In this document: positions 1 through 24,608 of the stretch, piece by piece | How the letters are laid out: every line of letters starts with the position of its first letter | Numbering within the stretch: position 1 is the first letter of the stretch | Assembly: GCF_964355755.1 (NCBI RefSeq) | Contig: NC_092671.1 | Span: 16,120,001 to 16,184,000 of the forward strand | Length of the DNA: 64,000 bases | Direction: 5' to 3' | Origin: Antedon mediterranea | Taxonomy: Eukaryota; Animalia; Echinodermata | Translations under genes and position numbers: made by a program | The notes under the pieces: model-generated | Seen by the model: the letters and a program-made list of their open reading frames with translations, nothing else | Told to the model about the DNA's origin: nothing | Database searches by the model: none

Positions 1-152
1 GGTGCAAAACAGAAATAACACCAATGTTTTTGCAATCTCTCCATCTTCTGTAGCACGAAAATTGTGCATTAGGCTGTCTGGGCAGTATAACCTAACATTA
101 AATTTGAATGGAAATTTCCAGAGAAATATCTGTTATAATTCTTAATTTATAG

Positions 153-3100
153 GTATCTACTGTATGATGTCAATCCTGGAGAAGGATTTAATTTAAGACG
201 AGATGTTTACATGCGAATAGCAAATCTTGTTAAAACGCTCTGTGAAAAAGAAGAATGGATTTTGGTACTTCCGCCTTGGGGTAGGATGTATCATTGGAAG
301 ACGCCAAGGCTTGACCAAAATCGAATACCATGGTCTTTATTCTTTAATGTTGAAAGCTTGAACCAACATGTTCCTGTTATGGAATTTGAAGAATACCTAT
401 GGCATGCCAACAGTAATTTATTTATTATTATTATTAAATTAGCTTATAAATAAGAGTAGTTAAAAAAAGTTTATAATTGCCTCCCGCCTAAAAAATCGCA
501 GTACTGTATACAATATTTCATATTTTTAAATAAAAATTTAGGTAACTTTAGACAATATCTAGAACCTCAGTTTGATTGCTATTGGTTTATTCTGGCTATC
601 AGTTAAAAAAAAATCATCACACTATCATTAATAATAAAATCTATCTTCCAAATTTACAGTATCGATAAATAGGTTTCCCAAAAGAAGAGTAACAAAACAA
701 TTTAGTTTATGTTATTATTCATTGTGTAATCACACTTAATTTTTGTATTTATAATAATACATTGACAGGAGAACCAGAAATTGAAGAAATATACACACTC
801 CAACGTTATGCTGAAGGATGGAAAAATGGTAAATTTGAAGAAAAGTATGACAGACGAGAGTGCATTGATCGACCTCCTTATATAAAAAAAGATGGAAAGT
901 TTAGAGGCTGGTTCTGGGGTTACAACGACGTGTATGGCTTGAACTTTACATGTCTGTCTGTACAGGGCTTTGCAAGCATTCTAGCTCCTATGCTGTGGGA
1001 AAATACAACTGCAAGGTATGTTTACTTTGTGTGTTATCTTTATTGGTTCTAAGTACCCTATAATAGAGGTTAATATAAAAGTTTGATGAATGTAGGGTAG
1101 TAAACTATAGGCTTATTAAAGGAAGTAGGTGATATGTCAGTTTCTGAAACTGTTTGATATTTAAACTGTAATTGTGCAAAGTATGCATACAGTGTTAGAT
1201 ATTGTTTTCAATAAATTCTTATTACGAACAATTTTTAGTTTTGAAAGTATGCATGCAATATTATGATACATATTTAAAGTATATATAAAACTTCCATTTT
1301 TATTTGTATTAAAATAGTTATAATAACAACATAATAGTTATATACAGTGTAGGTGTAGCTTAGTGGTTCAAATCCCAAAGTCCGGGGTTCAATCCTGACC
1401 TTGGGTTGTAACAACTCTTTCAACTCCACTCCCTAAGAATGAAACGATCAATTATAAATATTTTATCCAACCTGTAGTAATTGATGAGTTGTTTGCTGTT
1501 GGATGCATATATGCTTATGAAATTTAAAAAAAAGTCATTATCTCTAAATTTATACTGAATGTAATTTATTTCCGTTTATGTCTGTTTCAATACTTTTAAT
1601 ACATATTTAGAAAATTCATTTTACTCATGATAATAATACTATCAATATACTCATAAATTCCATCATTATTAATGCTATAAGCCATTCTCTATTTCTGTCT
1701 TTATGTAGAAAGAGAGTAAACACTATGAAACAAAAACACTTTGCTAACAAATACCTGATCAATACCAAGCCATATTGGAATATCATTACAGTATTCACAA
1801 TCAAAACAAAGTCAATATACAAATTTAATACATACAAACGGTATAATTATCATATCAATCATTTAGTATAGCGCTTTTGTGACTGATTCTATGATATAGT
1901 ACTGTAGTAATCTAATCAGTCTAGGCACTGGACATATTTTATTGGTAGAGTAGAATCTGAAATTATGAATTTTTTAAAATTTTAGATTCTAATATATTCA
2001 TCCGTAGACTAGTTGTATTTTCTTAAATTTTCTATTACCAGATCAGTATTAATAACCAGAGCAGAAACAGTTCTGCATGACAGATTCGGGGGAAAGATGT
2101 ATTGGCAAGTAAGTTGCCCTTTGACCTGGGTATCTGTGAAAAATGTCAATGTTCAACTTTAAATCTCTGTTTTTGTCACTGTATTTCACTCTTCTTATTC
2201 ACACATTTTTGTTCACAGAGAAAATTCTAAACTACATGGAAATTCATCTTGTAAATGGATCACTTAGTTTGCTTTGCACAAATCCTTCAAAACATTCTCT
2301 GAAATTAAATGCCAAAATTTAATACAAATTATATGATGAATTTAATTTTTTTTCATCAGAGTTTGTTTCTTAAGCTCTATCTACACTATCAAACTAGTTT
2401 GACAACAAAAGTATGATGTGCCCAAATGAAATCCAGCCAAATATACAGTGATGACACCATCGCATTTTTTTTTTGTCGCATAAAGTTTGATAGTGTAGAT
2501 AGAGATTTACTGTATGTAGAAAGTTTTGCAACATATTACTATAGAGGTAGAATATATATAAAAAAAACCTTAATATATTGTATCATACTACTGCACATTC
2601 TATCTCTGCATTGGTGATGGGTTTAAAAAATCTTTTGCTAGCTTTGTTTGCTTAAAAATAGCATTTTGCACAAGCACATAATAAAATGTTTGTCTACAAG
2701 CACATGATAAAATCTTTGAGTTAACAAAATGTGTTGAACAATGGCATTCTTTATCAGGTATATGTGTGACTACTAACCTTATTAATCATTAACCTATTTA
2801 CCATCGGACACAGGTCAGTGTTTGTTGACCGAGCCGAGGAGTTGCTTCACGACCATTATGGAGGAAAGGATTATTGGGATGTGAGTAGGAAACTAGCAGT
2901 TTACGTTGGTTTTATTTCTGCTGTCATTTATTTGTTTTTTTTTATACTTATTTAAGGATTTTGTCCTCCACGGATTGTTTATGTTCTAACTTCTATGTTC
3001 ATATTTGTTACAAATTTAAAATGCAACTTTATGTCAGCAAATGAAATTAGACAATGCACCTATAACATTTAATAAATTGCTTTTGGGATGGTAGCAATAG

Positions 3101-5843
3101 AGGGAAATGACAAAGAGATGTCCAACTATTGAATTTGGAATTATAGGTATATGTTTTGTTTCCAATTTTTACCCAACTCGCAAATTTTTAGTGACGTCAT
3201 CTCGATTCAACATTTCCCTCAATTATATTTTTAATATGCATGCTATTAACACACAGTAACATCTTCCAATTATAAATGCTCTATTTTACAAACACTTCGT
3301 GTACAAAGAGTGTGTTTCTCCAACCCAAACAGTGTGCCTCTCTCCAAAACAAAGGGTGTGTCTTCAACTCAAAGAGTGTGTCTCTCCAACACAAAGGGTG
3401 TGTCTATCCAACTCAAAGAGCGTGTTTTTCTAATACCAAAAATACATGTCTCTCCAACTCTAAAGACAGATGTAATGGAAGATGTTACTGTATTATTATT
3501 GTTTACGTAACTAGGTTACCAAACATCTAGATTATTTAAGATTGTAATGCTTGTGAAGTTAATAAGACATAATGCATGAACATTTATGCTGCACTGAAAA
3601 ATGTACTGTATGTTCACAATCACATAGTGTTTGCTTGGGGCATCTAACAAATGGTGATGAGTTTAATCAAATACTGCTTTGAAATGTGTTATTGTCATAA
3701 GCACTATTTATCATGTTTTGTTTACTTGTTATTGGATCAACAAAAAAGACAATTTACCTTAATTTATTCCAATAATTATTGTACTATGTGACCTTTCTTT
3801 TTTGGGGTTTTTAATGGAATGTTTTTAAATTATGATAATTGAATATGTTATTTAAATATCAAGGGAGATATTATTATTAGATAGATGATAAATATATTAA
3901 ATGATAAAAAGTAGTACATCGTCAGTTGATAGTAGATGTGTATTTCGTACAAAGGAGTTTCTAATTAATTTAGATTTTTTATTTTGAAGGCAAGAAGGAG
4001 TATGAGGTTCTCTGATTCTCTCATTGATATTGGAGACGCAATCAGAAAAAAGTATTTTCATTCAACTGATGAAAAAGATAACACAATTATGGAAAGAAAT
4101 TGGCAAGATCAAAAGGTATATTATTCTGGTCTTGATATAGAAATGATAATGGGTAGGGTTGAAGTTAAATTCTGCTGGAAAATAAATAATTATATTATTT
4201 ATATATGTATTGTTGTTTATTATAGCTATTGCATTTCTAGTTATAAATTGTTCATATACACATTTTTTTTATATATTTTCTTTTTATCAGTTTAAAATAA
4301 ATGTGTTGTGAATAAATAAGTCAAAAATAAATAGTCAACAATACTTATTCTGCTGGAGAATTGCCCTAAGAATTGGAAATCTACTGATTTTGTAATACGT
4401 AGATGGGTAAAAAATTCATTTCATCATTATATGTAAAACAAGACATGCATTGTAACAAGTTAAAACTTGTGGCAAGTTTGCATGTAACTTTAAATGCACG
4501 TAACCGATACAAACATCAAAGTTAAAAAGCAAATATGTACTATATTTTCAGCCAGTAATTGGTTCTGCCAAAGGAGGAGATTATCTAGCAGTACATCTAC
4601 GTAGGCAGGACTTTGCTCGCAATAAACGAAAGGAAGCGCCATCAATTAAAAATGCTGCATCACAAATTAATGAAATTCTTCAAAGAGAGGGATTAAAATC
4701 AGTGTTTCTATGCACAGATGCTATTAAATCAGGTATTAAAATCATTTTAATTTTTTCTACATAATGAAAGGAGTATTGTAACTTGTTAGTGCTGCTGTGT
4801 ACTCTTTATCAAAATATTGACTTTATAATTATAATTTATGTTAGAAATTGACGACCTAAAGAGTCAAGTTGATGGCAAGGTTGTTCACTACCGACCACCT
4901 AAAGACATCATGGAGAGATTTAAGGATGGAGGTGTAGCTATCATTGATCAATGGGTAGCAGCTCATGCTAAGTAAGAGTACATTCTCATTTTATCAAAAC
5001 ATGTTGTATCATTTAACTTTACAGACAGCAGCCATTAAAGTCTGCCAGTAGGTGCTAGAACCGATACACCTTACTATATGATTGACTGTCTTTCCCAACA
5101 ACATTTGTTTCACCATAACAATAACATCAGTATGTCTGTGTCTCAAACACATGTTAACATTGGCAATGGTTTGAGGCTCAGTCGCTCCATGGTTCTGGTA
5201 ATAGAACGAGTCTTGTCGGATAAGGACTATAAACCGTAGGTCCAGTGTACACATCTAGCTCATGTGCACTTTAAAGAACCTAGTACATCTTTCGAGATGA
5301 ACAGTCTTAGACTGAAGAGGCTACCCAGTATAAAGAATAAATAATAACAATTGTATTTAACACTGCAGCTTACATGTCTTAAGAGTCTTTTACACCTGTT
5401 CCGGCACGGTTCTGGTCCGGCGCTGAAAAATCAAATCGAAAGGCAATGTTTCCTTTTCACGACACTCCACGCGGCTATGCGGCAATTGATGCGCATAGCT
5501 GCTTGAAAGCAAAACATTGACCCTCGTTTTAATTCGCTGGCGCTGGACCGGAACAGTGCCGAAACAGGTGTGAAAGACCCTTACCTGCTCTCTCATCTGC
5601 TTCCCCACACCCCAAATCTCTTTTAACTATTTCAATCTCAATTGTTCTCATTTTGTTACTCAATGTTGATGTTTTTCGTGTAGGTATTTCATTGGAACAT
5701 GCGTTTCCACGTTTTCGTTTCGTATACAAGAAGAGAGACAAATCATTGGATTTGACCCGAAGACGACGTACAACTGCTTTTGCGGTGACCCAGATTTAGA
5801 CACAGATTGTGACCAACCTTCAAAATGGAATATTGTCTACTGA
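153..5843 (+). CDS. POFUT2: GDP-fucose protein O-fucosyltransferase 2, 5'-incomplete multi-exon CDS
   Basis: GT-AG exons in frame: 153-412, 769-1015, (2042-2108 or 2814-2880), 3990-4115, 4552-4732, 4845-4971, 5684-5843 (TGA). Motifs: [16 protein letters not shown] (catalytic Glu), [56 protein letters not shown]-terminal [11 protein letters not shown]. The 412 donor is the least certain junction. Confidence 0.96.
1347..1440 (+). mobile_element. Degenerate tRNA-derived SINE head
   Basis: gtagcttagtggtt (A-box-like) and ggttcaatcc (B-box). Confidence 0.4.
2042..2108 (+). CDS. POFUT2: POFUT2 alternative exon A (67 nt, [22 protein letters not shown])
   Basis: ttaccag| acceptor and |gtaagt donor, phase 2 in / phase 0 out, open frame, homologous to exon B. 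Confidence 0.85.
2373..2506. mobile_element. MITE family A copy between the POFUT2 alternative exons
   Basis: agctctatctacactatcaaact...agtttgatagtgtagatagag. Confidence 0.8.
2814..2880 (+). CDS. POFUT2: POFUT2 alternative exon B (67 nt, [22 protein letters not shown])
   Basis: acacag| acceptor, |gtgagt donor, TACTAAC branch consensus at 2771-2777; closer to the vertebrate sequence as I recall it ([18 protein letters not shown]). Confidence 0.9.
3254..3490. mobile_element. Tc1/mariner-like MITE with internal 17-18-bp tandem subrepeats
   Basis: TIR CAGTAACATCTTCCA / TGGAAGATGTTACTG; internal tctccaacacaaagggtgtg-type units. Confidence 0.75.
5155..5345 (+). mobile_element. Truncated copy of the same Deu/Nin-like SINE
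   Basis: Same core, internal deletion, tail gactgaagaggctacccagtataaagaataa. Confidence 0.75.
5382..5581. mobile_element. Harbinger-like MITE
   Basis: About 40-bp imperfect TIRs agagtcttttacacctgttccggcac / gtgccgaaacaggtgtgaaagaccct, TA flanks. Confidence 0.75.
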
Positions 5844-8014
5844 TTGGTCCTTTAAATACTGAATGAATATAAAGAATGAGTATAATCACTTCTTGGTAAT
5901 GCTACCATTTTGTTTGAACATTTCCACCAGCTAAGTTGGTTCGAATTAATGTTGTATCTATTTCCAAGATTATATGAGATGCTTGAGGATTTGCTTGGAC
6001 AAATTAAGCAATATAATAGTAATAAAGTCATGAACACACAGTAAAGGAAGAATTTTACAAGTAGTAAGAAAGATATATTTATTATCCATATTGAATATCA
6101 ATACACTGTACTGTACCAGTGGGTCTTGACTTATTTATTCACCACATTAGACAAATATTTATTTTTAAATAGCGGCATGTTTTGGTAAAATGAATTACTT
6201 ATTCCAAATGTGATGCTTCTAGCATTTCTTTTATTTATTGCAGGTAAAATAGATAAATAAAATCTTATCATGTTTGTATAACATCACTCCTACATTCATG
6301 TAACTTACCAACAGCAATACTGTACCTGTACCTTGCCAAGAAATAGGAAGGAGGGGGGAAGGGAGATGAGGAACTTGTGCCATAGTTTAAACTTGAGTAA
6401 CATGAAATAGCTTTGCATGGCATTTTGAATAAGACCATACAAAGTATGCTTGGATTGGAGGGATATACGTTATTAGTATTTGAATATTTTATATGGATTG
6501 ATTATACAGTATATTGATATGGATATACAACAACATCATTCATACAGAACAGAAGCTCAATATTAAATATTCTTCCAAATATTTTCTCAAACTATTCATA
6601 TTAAAAATTGCTTTGCTCCACCAATTAAAATCACATCCCCATGAAATAAATTTTAAAAGTAATTGTTTTTATTTAAACTGTAGAGTAGGTGTTATATTTA
6701 TATGGACATGTTAGATTGATAGTTTTTAGCAGGGAAGAGTAATTTTCACGCTTCCCTGGTTTTTAGAATGTATTTTTGTAAAAACAGTTGCTTTAATTAT
6801 TGTTGGTTTTTCTATTACAGCCTACACTTGTTACAATACTCATGTTTATGTTGTCATTTTGTATGTATTTATTGCTTATTTTCAATACAGTATATCTAAT
6901 TGTAATATAGTTTATATTATAGTTTATTGTTAAATCAGTCATTTCTTTATTGGCGATACCTTGTCGTATGTTATATATCATCTAGTCACACATACAGACA
7001 TTGTGCAATACAGTAAACCCATTAAACTTATAGTACGGTCTATTTCAAGTTCTTACAGAAAAACAAGCATTTCTGATGTTTAGAAATATTGTTTCCATTG
7101 TATAATCTAATGTAATATAATGCATTTATTGGTAAATTATTAGATAGATAAAGTGGTAGGGTATTGTAATATTACATCTGCTTATGTTTTGAATACAGTA
7201 TGTGATGCACAATATTTATGTACTGTAGTATTAGAAAGGTGTAAATTAAATTAAATTTATTCCGGATTGTACAATACAAACAATAACACATACATCACAC
7301 ATGCTAGACCTGGAGGACTCCAACAGTGAACTCAGTCTCTTTCAGCAGAAAACATGGAACATTAAAATTCCATCTAGTGCCTGGGATAATTTCATTTTAT
7401 ATTTTTTTTTAATCTAGCAATTTTCCATTATTTGGGATAATTTATTTAGCACAGTGTTGTTTTTTTACAGTGTATTTATTTAGTTTGATACCTGTTTTGA
7501 ATACATGTCTTTCTCACTTTAAAATCCATATCTGGTTTAAATATTTACAGCAGTTATAGTTAAAATATGTTTATAGTCGTAGAGTAAATAATAAATTCTT
7601 CTATTTCAAAGTCTTCCTGTTTTAAATAAAAAAGCAATATTTAACAATGACTACTGAGGTATTTCTATTTATTTTCTTTGAATTAGAATAAAACAAAATT
7701 GTATTGAACTCTTCCCATAAACAATGATTCACCTGTTAAGACCATTGTTTCTGGATACACTGTATGAATATATTTACGTACGTATTTCATCATGACTTCA
7801 TAAATTTGCGTTCGTAAAATTGAGAATTTGTTAAATTGGGGTTTTTACTACAGGACAAACAAATTATGTTCAGTTGGCATAAATGTTACATTTTATGGTT
7901 TTGCACATTTATGTCAATGGAGGCTATATTGTAGATGTTATCAAACCTTTTCTGGCTTAAAGACGTATTTAATTTTATATTGAAATTATATAGTAAACGT
8001 CTTTTAATTCGTAA

Positions 8015-8332
8015 AGACGTATTGTCCCCAAATACATGAAAAATGAAGATTCATTAAATCAGACTTTGAATTGATGATTTTGTAGTTTTAATAAGTTAAT
8101 CCTTTCAATAGAAAAAAATTGTTTCACTTATAAAATGACTAAATAAATTAGATTCAACCAAAAACCCATTGGCTGGCAGAAAAAAAATTGACTATTTTTT
8201 GCTTTAAATTACTGTTGTTTCAGGTAAATACATTTTTTTTTTCGGTCAAAGTGGATAACTATTATGTGACATTAAAATGGCATACTCAACAAAATAATTT
8301 TACAAATTATTTTTCAGGGGGACAATATATCT
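8015..8332. mobile_element. Kolobok-like non-autonomous element (AG...CT ends, TTAA flank)
   Basis: AGACGTATTGTCCCC...GGGGACAATATATCT-TTAA; relatives at 31592-31938, about 38123-38445 (reverse) and 52721-53248. Confidence 0.7.
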
Positions 8333-9633
8333 TTAAAGATAGTAGCATTTATTTTCTACAAATGTTGTAATAATGGTAATGCAAGCAATACAGTACTGTA
8401 TATATACACATTTAAAAGTGAATGAATGTGGCTGTGGATAGATCAGATAAATCATTTTCACAACAGTTTTGTAGAGAAGTTAAAAATAAAAGTAATTTCA
8501 GTTTAATGGAAGAAAACAATCAAGAAGTCTTGCTACAATACATTACACATAAGTGTATTTACATTACTGTATCATAATTGAATATTAAAAATTGAACATG
8601 GATAAAGAATAATTTGCTCTGAACATTACACATTTTAAGAAAATTAACAAGTACAGAACAAAATGTAAAATTATTATTTACAATTTATACATAAGAGAAG
8701 CCTGCATTTTGTCTTGTAAACTACAGTATAGTTTATCCAAGATTCTGTTCAGACAACACAAAACTAGAATATTATTCATGCGAAATGTCTGTTCACATTA
8801 TCAATTGTGAATAGTCTTTGGGTACAATATTAATACCCATTCACACAGGTTATTTCTTTTGTAGAATGGCCAACAGCATCTGACGTCACATACTGCATAT
8901 ACAGTAGATTACATACCATCATACACCACATTAAATGTTATGTAATGACACAATTGATATGCATTTATATTGTACAGTTCCTGTCAACACAACATTCAAT
9001 TTCATAGCTAGCAAGTACATTTTGCAAAATGTCTTGCGATGAGAACTTTTTTCGTTTTAATAACAATAACATTTAATCATTGTTAATGTTTTTAGCCATG
9101 TTTATAATTATGATTGCATGAATTTTATTGAACAAAAATAGTTTATTTCAAAGTTTTATTTTTCTTACTCATAATCTAAGAAAAAGTGATATTAATCAGG
9201 TGTAAGTCTGTTTATGTTGTACTCATTAATGGCAAACTGATTATTTCTGGCAACCTTACTCAGTTCATTTAATCTATGGAAGTTATTTATTTCCAGAAAC
9301 TAACCAAATTAATTATTATTAACAAATTAATATGCATCAGTGGTCTGAAATGTCCATGTTATTTTTATATTTTGGTTTCAAGAAGTATTAATACTGTATC
9401 AACGTATTTCTGGCAATCCATTCATTCATTCATTTGATCATAAGTACATTGCTTATCACTAATCATGAATCATTGTGTGGTTTTCTTTGATAATTCTGTC
9501 TCATGAACAATTGTAAATATCCATGTTACATTTTACAGTTTGTGTTTTCATGATTTCTTCAGCAGTGTATTTCTGTCAACCTTTCAGTTCATTTGATCCC
9601 AAATGTTTTTCCTGATATCATTCATTCATGTGC

Positions 9634-20185
<10,552 letters not shown>

Positions 20186-23100
20186 TGTTGTGTGTCAGTG
20201 GAGGGTAGCCTATAATATAGGGGGCCTAAATCTGTAATTAAAAAAACAACAAAAATTAACATATTTTTCATTAACAATAACATTTTATTTTATGAAAGAG
20301 AAAAATAAAAAATGTTCACTTTATTATCTAGGCTACCACATATTTATGTAACATTAGTTGGTTTATTTTCCATGTTGGTTGTGCAGTTCAGTTTGGTGAT
20401 GGGTTCTGCATCCAGGCTGACTTCTCTCTTTCAGGTGTAGAACACAGCGCCATTCACGACCGTCAATATTCAGCAAAAATCGCGCCAACGAGGATCGCAC
20501 AGATGGCCTAGCATTGGCTTCAATTTGATGTACAATTTCATAAATATTATCACATAATAAAATAAACCATTTATCCTAATAATTCAAATATATTCAGAAA
20601 TACAAAATCAGTTTTTCATGCCTCAAAAGAACTTCTAAAAGGTCGTCAAATGTGAAAATATATCCCACTACGTTCTTCAAAAATGCAAATTCGATACAAC
20701 CATAATGGATTTTGGTAAATAGTGTATTTGAAATCACCGAGAGAACTTTTCTTCTTCATTCACTTAATAAACATCCTTTACAAATAATTAAACGAATAGG
20801 CCTACAAAAACTGGCACTCAAATTATAATTAATTATTAATGTAGGCTATATATATGTAAATTATGTTACATATTTATATAAATATCTCTTAGTCTTATTG
20901 GCTTTTCCTTATTTTTTCCCGATTTATATATGTTTTCGTATTTTACATGATGCACAACATTTTGTGTGCAGTAAAGACATTGGTGGCGCTCTGCATATTT
21001 ATCAAAAAGTATTTTTCAGGTTTCGTGTAGTGTAGTAGTACAAACTGACATTGTAGGGCCTTTACTATACTGGACATTATATTTTCATTGTTTGTAGGTT
21101 GAAACATAATTATCAGTAGGTAAACAAAGTAAGTTATTATATAATATGAAAAGATAAAGCTATTTTGACATTAATTTCAGCTCGTTACTCTATAGATGTC
21201 TGAAATATTAAGTTGCGACTGCAACCTGTTGTAAATTTTTAGATAACCACCCACCACCACAACAACACTAACACAAAGACAACCACTTGCCTGTCTGACA
21301 GCCAGACTGTCTAGGCCTACCAAGGCAAGGGGATAGGCCTATGACTGATAATAATCTGGTATAATACAGTAGGACTTAGGTAGTAAAGGAGGATGCTATA
21401 CCCATGGTCAACCTTGTGTGTAAATTGAATATTTTTATTGGCTCAGTCGAACCTGTATGTGTATGTGAATTAATAATTTAATATTTAATTTAATTTCTTT
21501 TGCTCATGAATATAAATTATAGGCTATAGTATAGACGACTGCACTGCAGAAAATTGGTGGTGACAAACACCTATGCTTATACACTATAAATGTTTTTTTC
21601 GATGGATTTTAATCAGTGAAAAATTGTTTTTATTTTTTACAATCATAACAGTGATGTAGGCCAATCTTTTGAGAACATTTTGCATTAAATCTGTTTGTCA
21701 TATGATCCTCCGTTCAGGAGTTATGATTTTATAATTAACATGCTTATCACGACTGTCATATTCTCTGCAAGATGGCTTCCGTATCACAAAAATCGTCTAT
21801 GGTGTGTCAGTGCCAGTTAAGTTGTGTATAAATAGTAAGAGCAGGAGGATCAGCACTGTCGGCAAATTTAATTTTTAACCTAGTAAACTATGTGTCTAAT
21901 GCCTAATTTCTCTCGGCTGCATACCTTTTTTCTGTTGTCTATCGGCTCAAAAAACTGGTCGCACAATCAACCGAGATTGACTGACTGGCCATGCCAATCA
22001 ATAGTATTCTACTAACTTCCACAGTACAACACTTTTTTTTTTAACGTCAACATAATTCTTTTCAATAATGGAAATACACCATCAGGTTGAAATATTTTCA
22101 CCAGTGAGCGTACTATGTTATGTGCAGTTTGAAATTGTGCAAGATGGGATTTTCTTTTCAACACCTACTGTATACAGGTGGTGTTAAGAGTATCGCTGTT
22201 TATCTGTGTGAGTTAGTCTATTATTAGTCATTGATATTTTCATTTCAGATTTCTCAATCATCAGAGTATAAGGTATACAAATAATAGTAATACCTCCCTG
22301 ATCAGAGTAGGATAATTTACTAAAACTTATTTTTATACAGAGATATGTCTTGACTGATTCACACTGGAGGAATATTTGTAATTTAACTCATAGATGATAA
22401 TTTTTGTACTGTATTGTCTACTACTACTGTACGACCAAACAAATTTCCCAGTGTGAAATGATAAAAGTTTTTTCAATAATTAATTTGGTATTTCTTAATT
22501 CTAGAGAAGGTGAAGTATGTTTTGCCATAATGACTCTAATGAAACACAGTATAAAACTGAATAATATTTTGACAATGTGGATTGGACTGTTTGTAGAAAT
22601 TGATATTTCATAGATAAACAAATTATCCTCATAAATCAGCACTCTGTAAATGTCAAATGAAATTGCGTTCAATGTCGATTTCCAAATTATATCTTGATTC
22701 CAGCTAAAAAACTTTCTTTTTACATTGTATACATTTTCTTTGAAAATCACCACTCTTAACTACAAAACTGTATAACCGGATATTGTTGACATTATTTGTA
22801 TTGAGATGTTGTCTGACTTTATGATAGCAAAAAGTTTTAAAAGAAAATGATACAGGATACTGTCACATTAGAAAAGCATTACTTTTTGTACAATCACTCA
22901 TCTATTTCAAAGTACAGTATAGTATTCATTATTTCAAAACTTTTTACATGGTGTAACACAGGGGAAAAATCCCCCTGGCTTACTGCTAGCACTACTAAAG
23001 AGCCCTCCAGTACTGGGTAGTTGCATTGGTTTGCTCATGCTCTGGGCCCCTGGGTTTAGCCAGTGAGCGCTCATAGCTGAGTGTTACGCCCAGCCAACTA

Positions 23101-23723
23101 CATGTGGAATTGATAATACAGGTTGCTTAAGAAAAGATTTTGAAAAACAACTGAACGCTTTCTTGTTGTTGAAACACATTTTTATTTCTTCTCCATGCCA
23201 TTAAGTTTGTTTGTACAGCACCTATCAAAAAGGATGGTAGGTTTTTACTTTGTAAACACTACTATCATCAGACCTATTAAAATTTAATGTTTAAATACTA
23301 AAACTGTGTTCATTATTCACACTCATTATCATACATAGTAGACAAAGTAAATGCAGGTTGTGCAAGACTTTAAGTTAGTGTAATTTGCAGTAAGTACAAA
23401 TTGATAATTTTGATGTAGAGATAATTAGTTTGACAAAAGCTTTTAATGCCATATCAACGTTGAGTTTCAGAAACAAGATCTTGTATAATATAATATAATA
23501 TACAATCTGTATGTAGCTCACCAAAAATTATACCATTGATAGAAATTTACTTTTTTATTCTTGAACAAACCTTTAATTGCTTCAAAACTAGTTGTAATTT
23601 CTATAAATATACTCATACTAGTCATAGTGCGTAGCAGAGTGCTAGGAATATCATGTAAGGAAATCTAGTTTTAAAGTTAATAAAGAAGCAGTGGTATTCA
23701 AAGACCTTTTTATTTAGGTGATC

Positions 23724-24608
23724 ATTCAATTCAATTCAAAATTCTTTAATCATCCCACACGGGGCAATTCAAATACAAAATAGGGTATTGCTAAACACCG
23801 CAAACCCCGCAAACCTCCAAAAAAACATAGCAAACCCCATCGAACCAACATAAAAGTGATTGAATCATGTAGTGTACAACCCACTGAGTATATCCATGTA
23901 AAAAAAATATTAAATTTCTACTGTTGTTAACAACTTATTTTTGGGGTAAAACATCATTTTTTTGTCAAAAATGATTGCTAAACCCCGCAAACCTCCAAAA
24001 AACCATAGCAAACCCCACTGAACCAACATAAAAGTGATTGAATCATGTAGTGTACAACCCACTGGGTATATCCATGTAAAACAAATATTAAATTTCTACT
24101 GTTAACTACTTATTTTTGGGGTAAAACATCATTTTTTGGTCAAAAATGATTGCTTATTTTTAACCAAAAAATGATGTTTTAACCCCAAAAAAGTAGTTAA
24201 CAGTAGAAATTTAATAATTTATATACCCAGTAGGTCGTACACTACAAACATATACAAAATATCACAATACACAGTACAAAATAAACAAGAGTCAAGGTTC
24301 AAGAATTTAAGAGTCGAAAGCCACTGGCAAAAAACGAATTCCTTTTCCGGTTTGTTCTACATGCCGGGCATCGAAAGCGACGCCCATGAGGCATGAGCTC
24401 GAAATCACTGAACAAGGCATGGTTAATATTTTTTAGAATAGCTCTACTTTTTTCTAGAGTTTGCATGTCACAGAAAGAAGATAAGCTACGAAGTTGACAA
24501 CCTATTAATTTAGAACTTAAGTTAACAATTCTTTGTAGTGAGTTTTTCTCTTTGACCCTAAGACTAAAACACCAGCATATAAAGGAAAAAGTTAAAACGT
24601 TCTCAATT
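23724..24608 (-). mobile_element. 5'-truncated Rex1/Babar-like LINE, interrupted by another repeat
   Basis: Minus frame 24607-24299 open: IENVLTFSFICW..LQRIVNLSSKLIG..HALFSDFELMPHGRRFR..RTNRKRNSF..RLLNS*, the typical post-RT C-terminus; (TTGAA)n tail at about 23724-23740. Confidence 0.8.
23781..24246. repeat. Element nested in the LINE 3' UTR: ~177-bp direct repeat x2 plus a partial inverted copy
   Basis: aaaccccgcaaacctccaaaaaa..catagcaaacccc recurs at about 23802 and 23979; 24155-24245 is the reverse complement of part of the unit. Confidence 0.75.

Noticed and set aside
400-768. Non-canonical (GC-AG or AT-AC/U12) intron in POFUT2
   Set aside because: No RTATCCTT donor; an ordinary GT(413)-AG(768) pair keeps the frame
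3276-3530. Cys-rich ORFs
   Set aside because: Derived from MITE internal subrepeats
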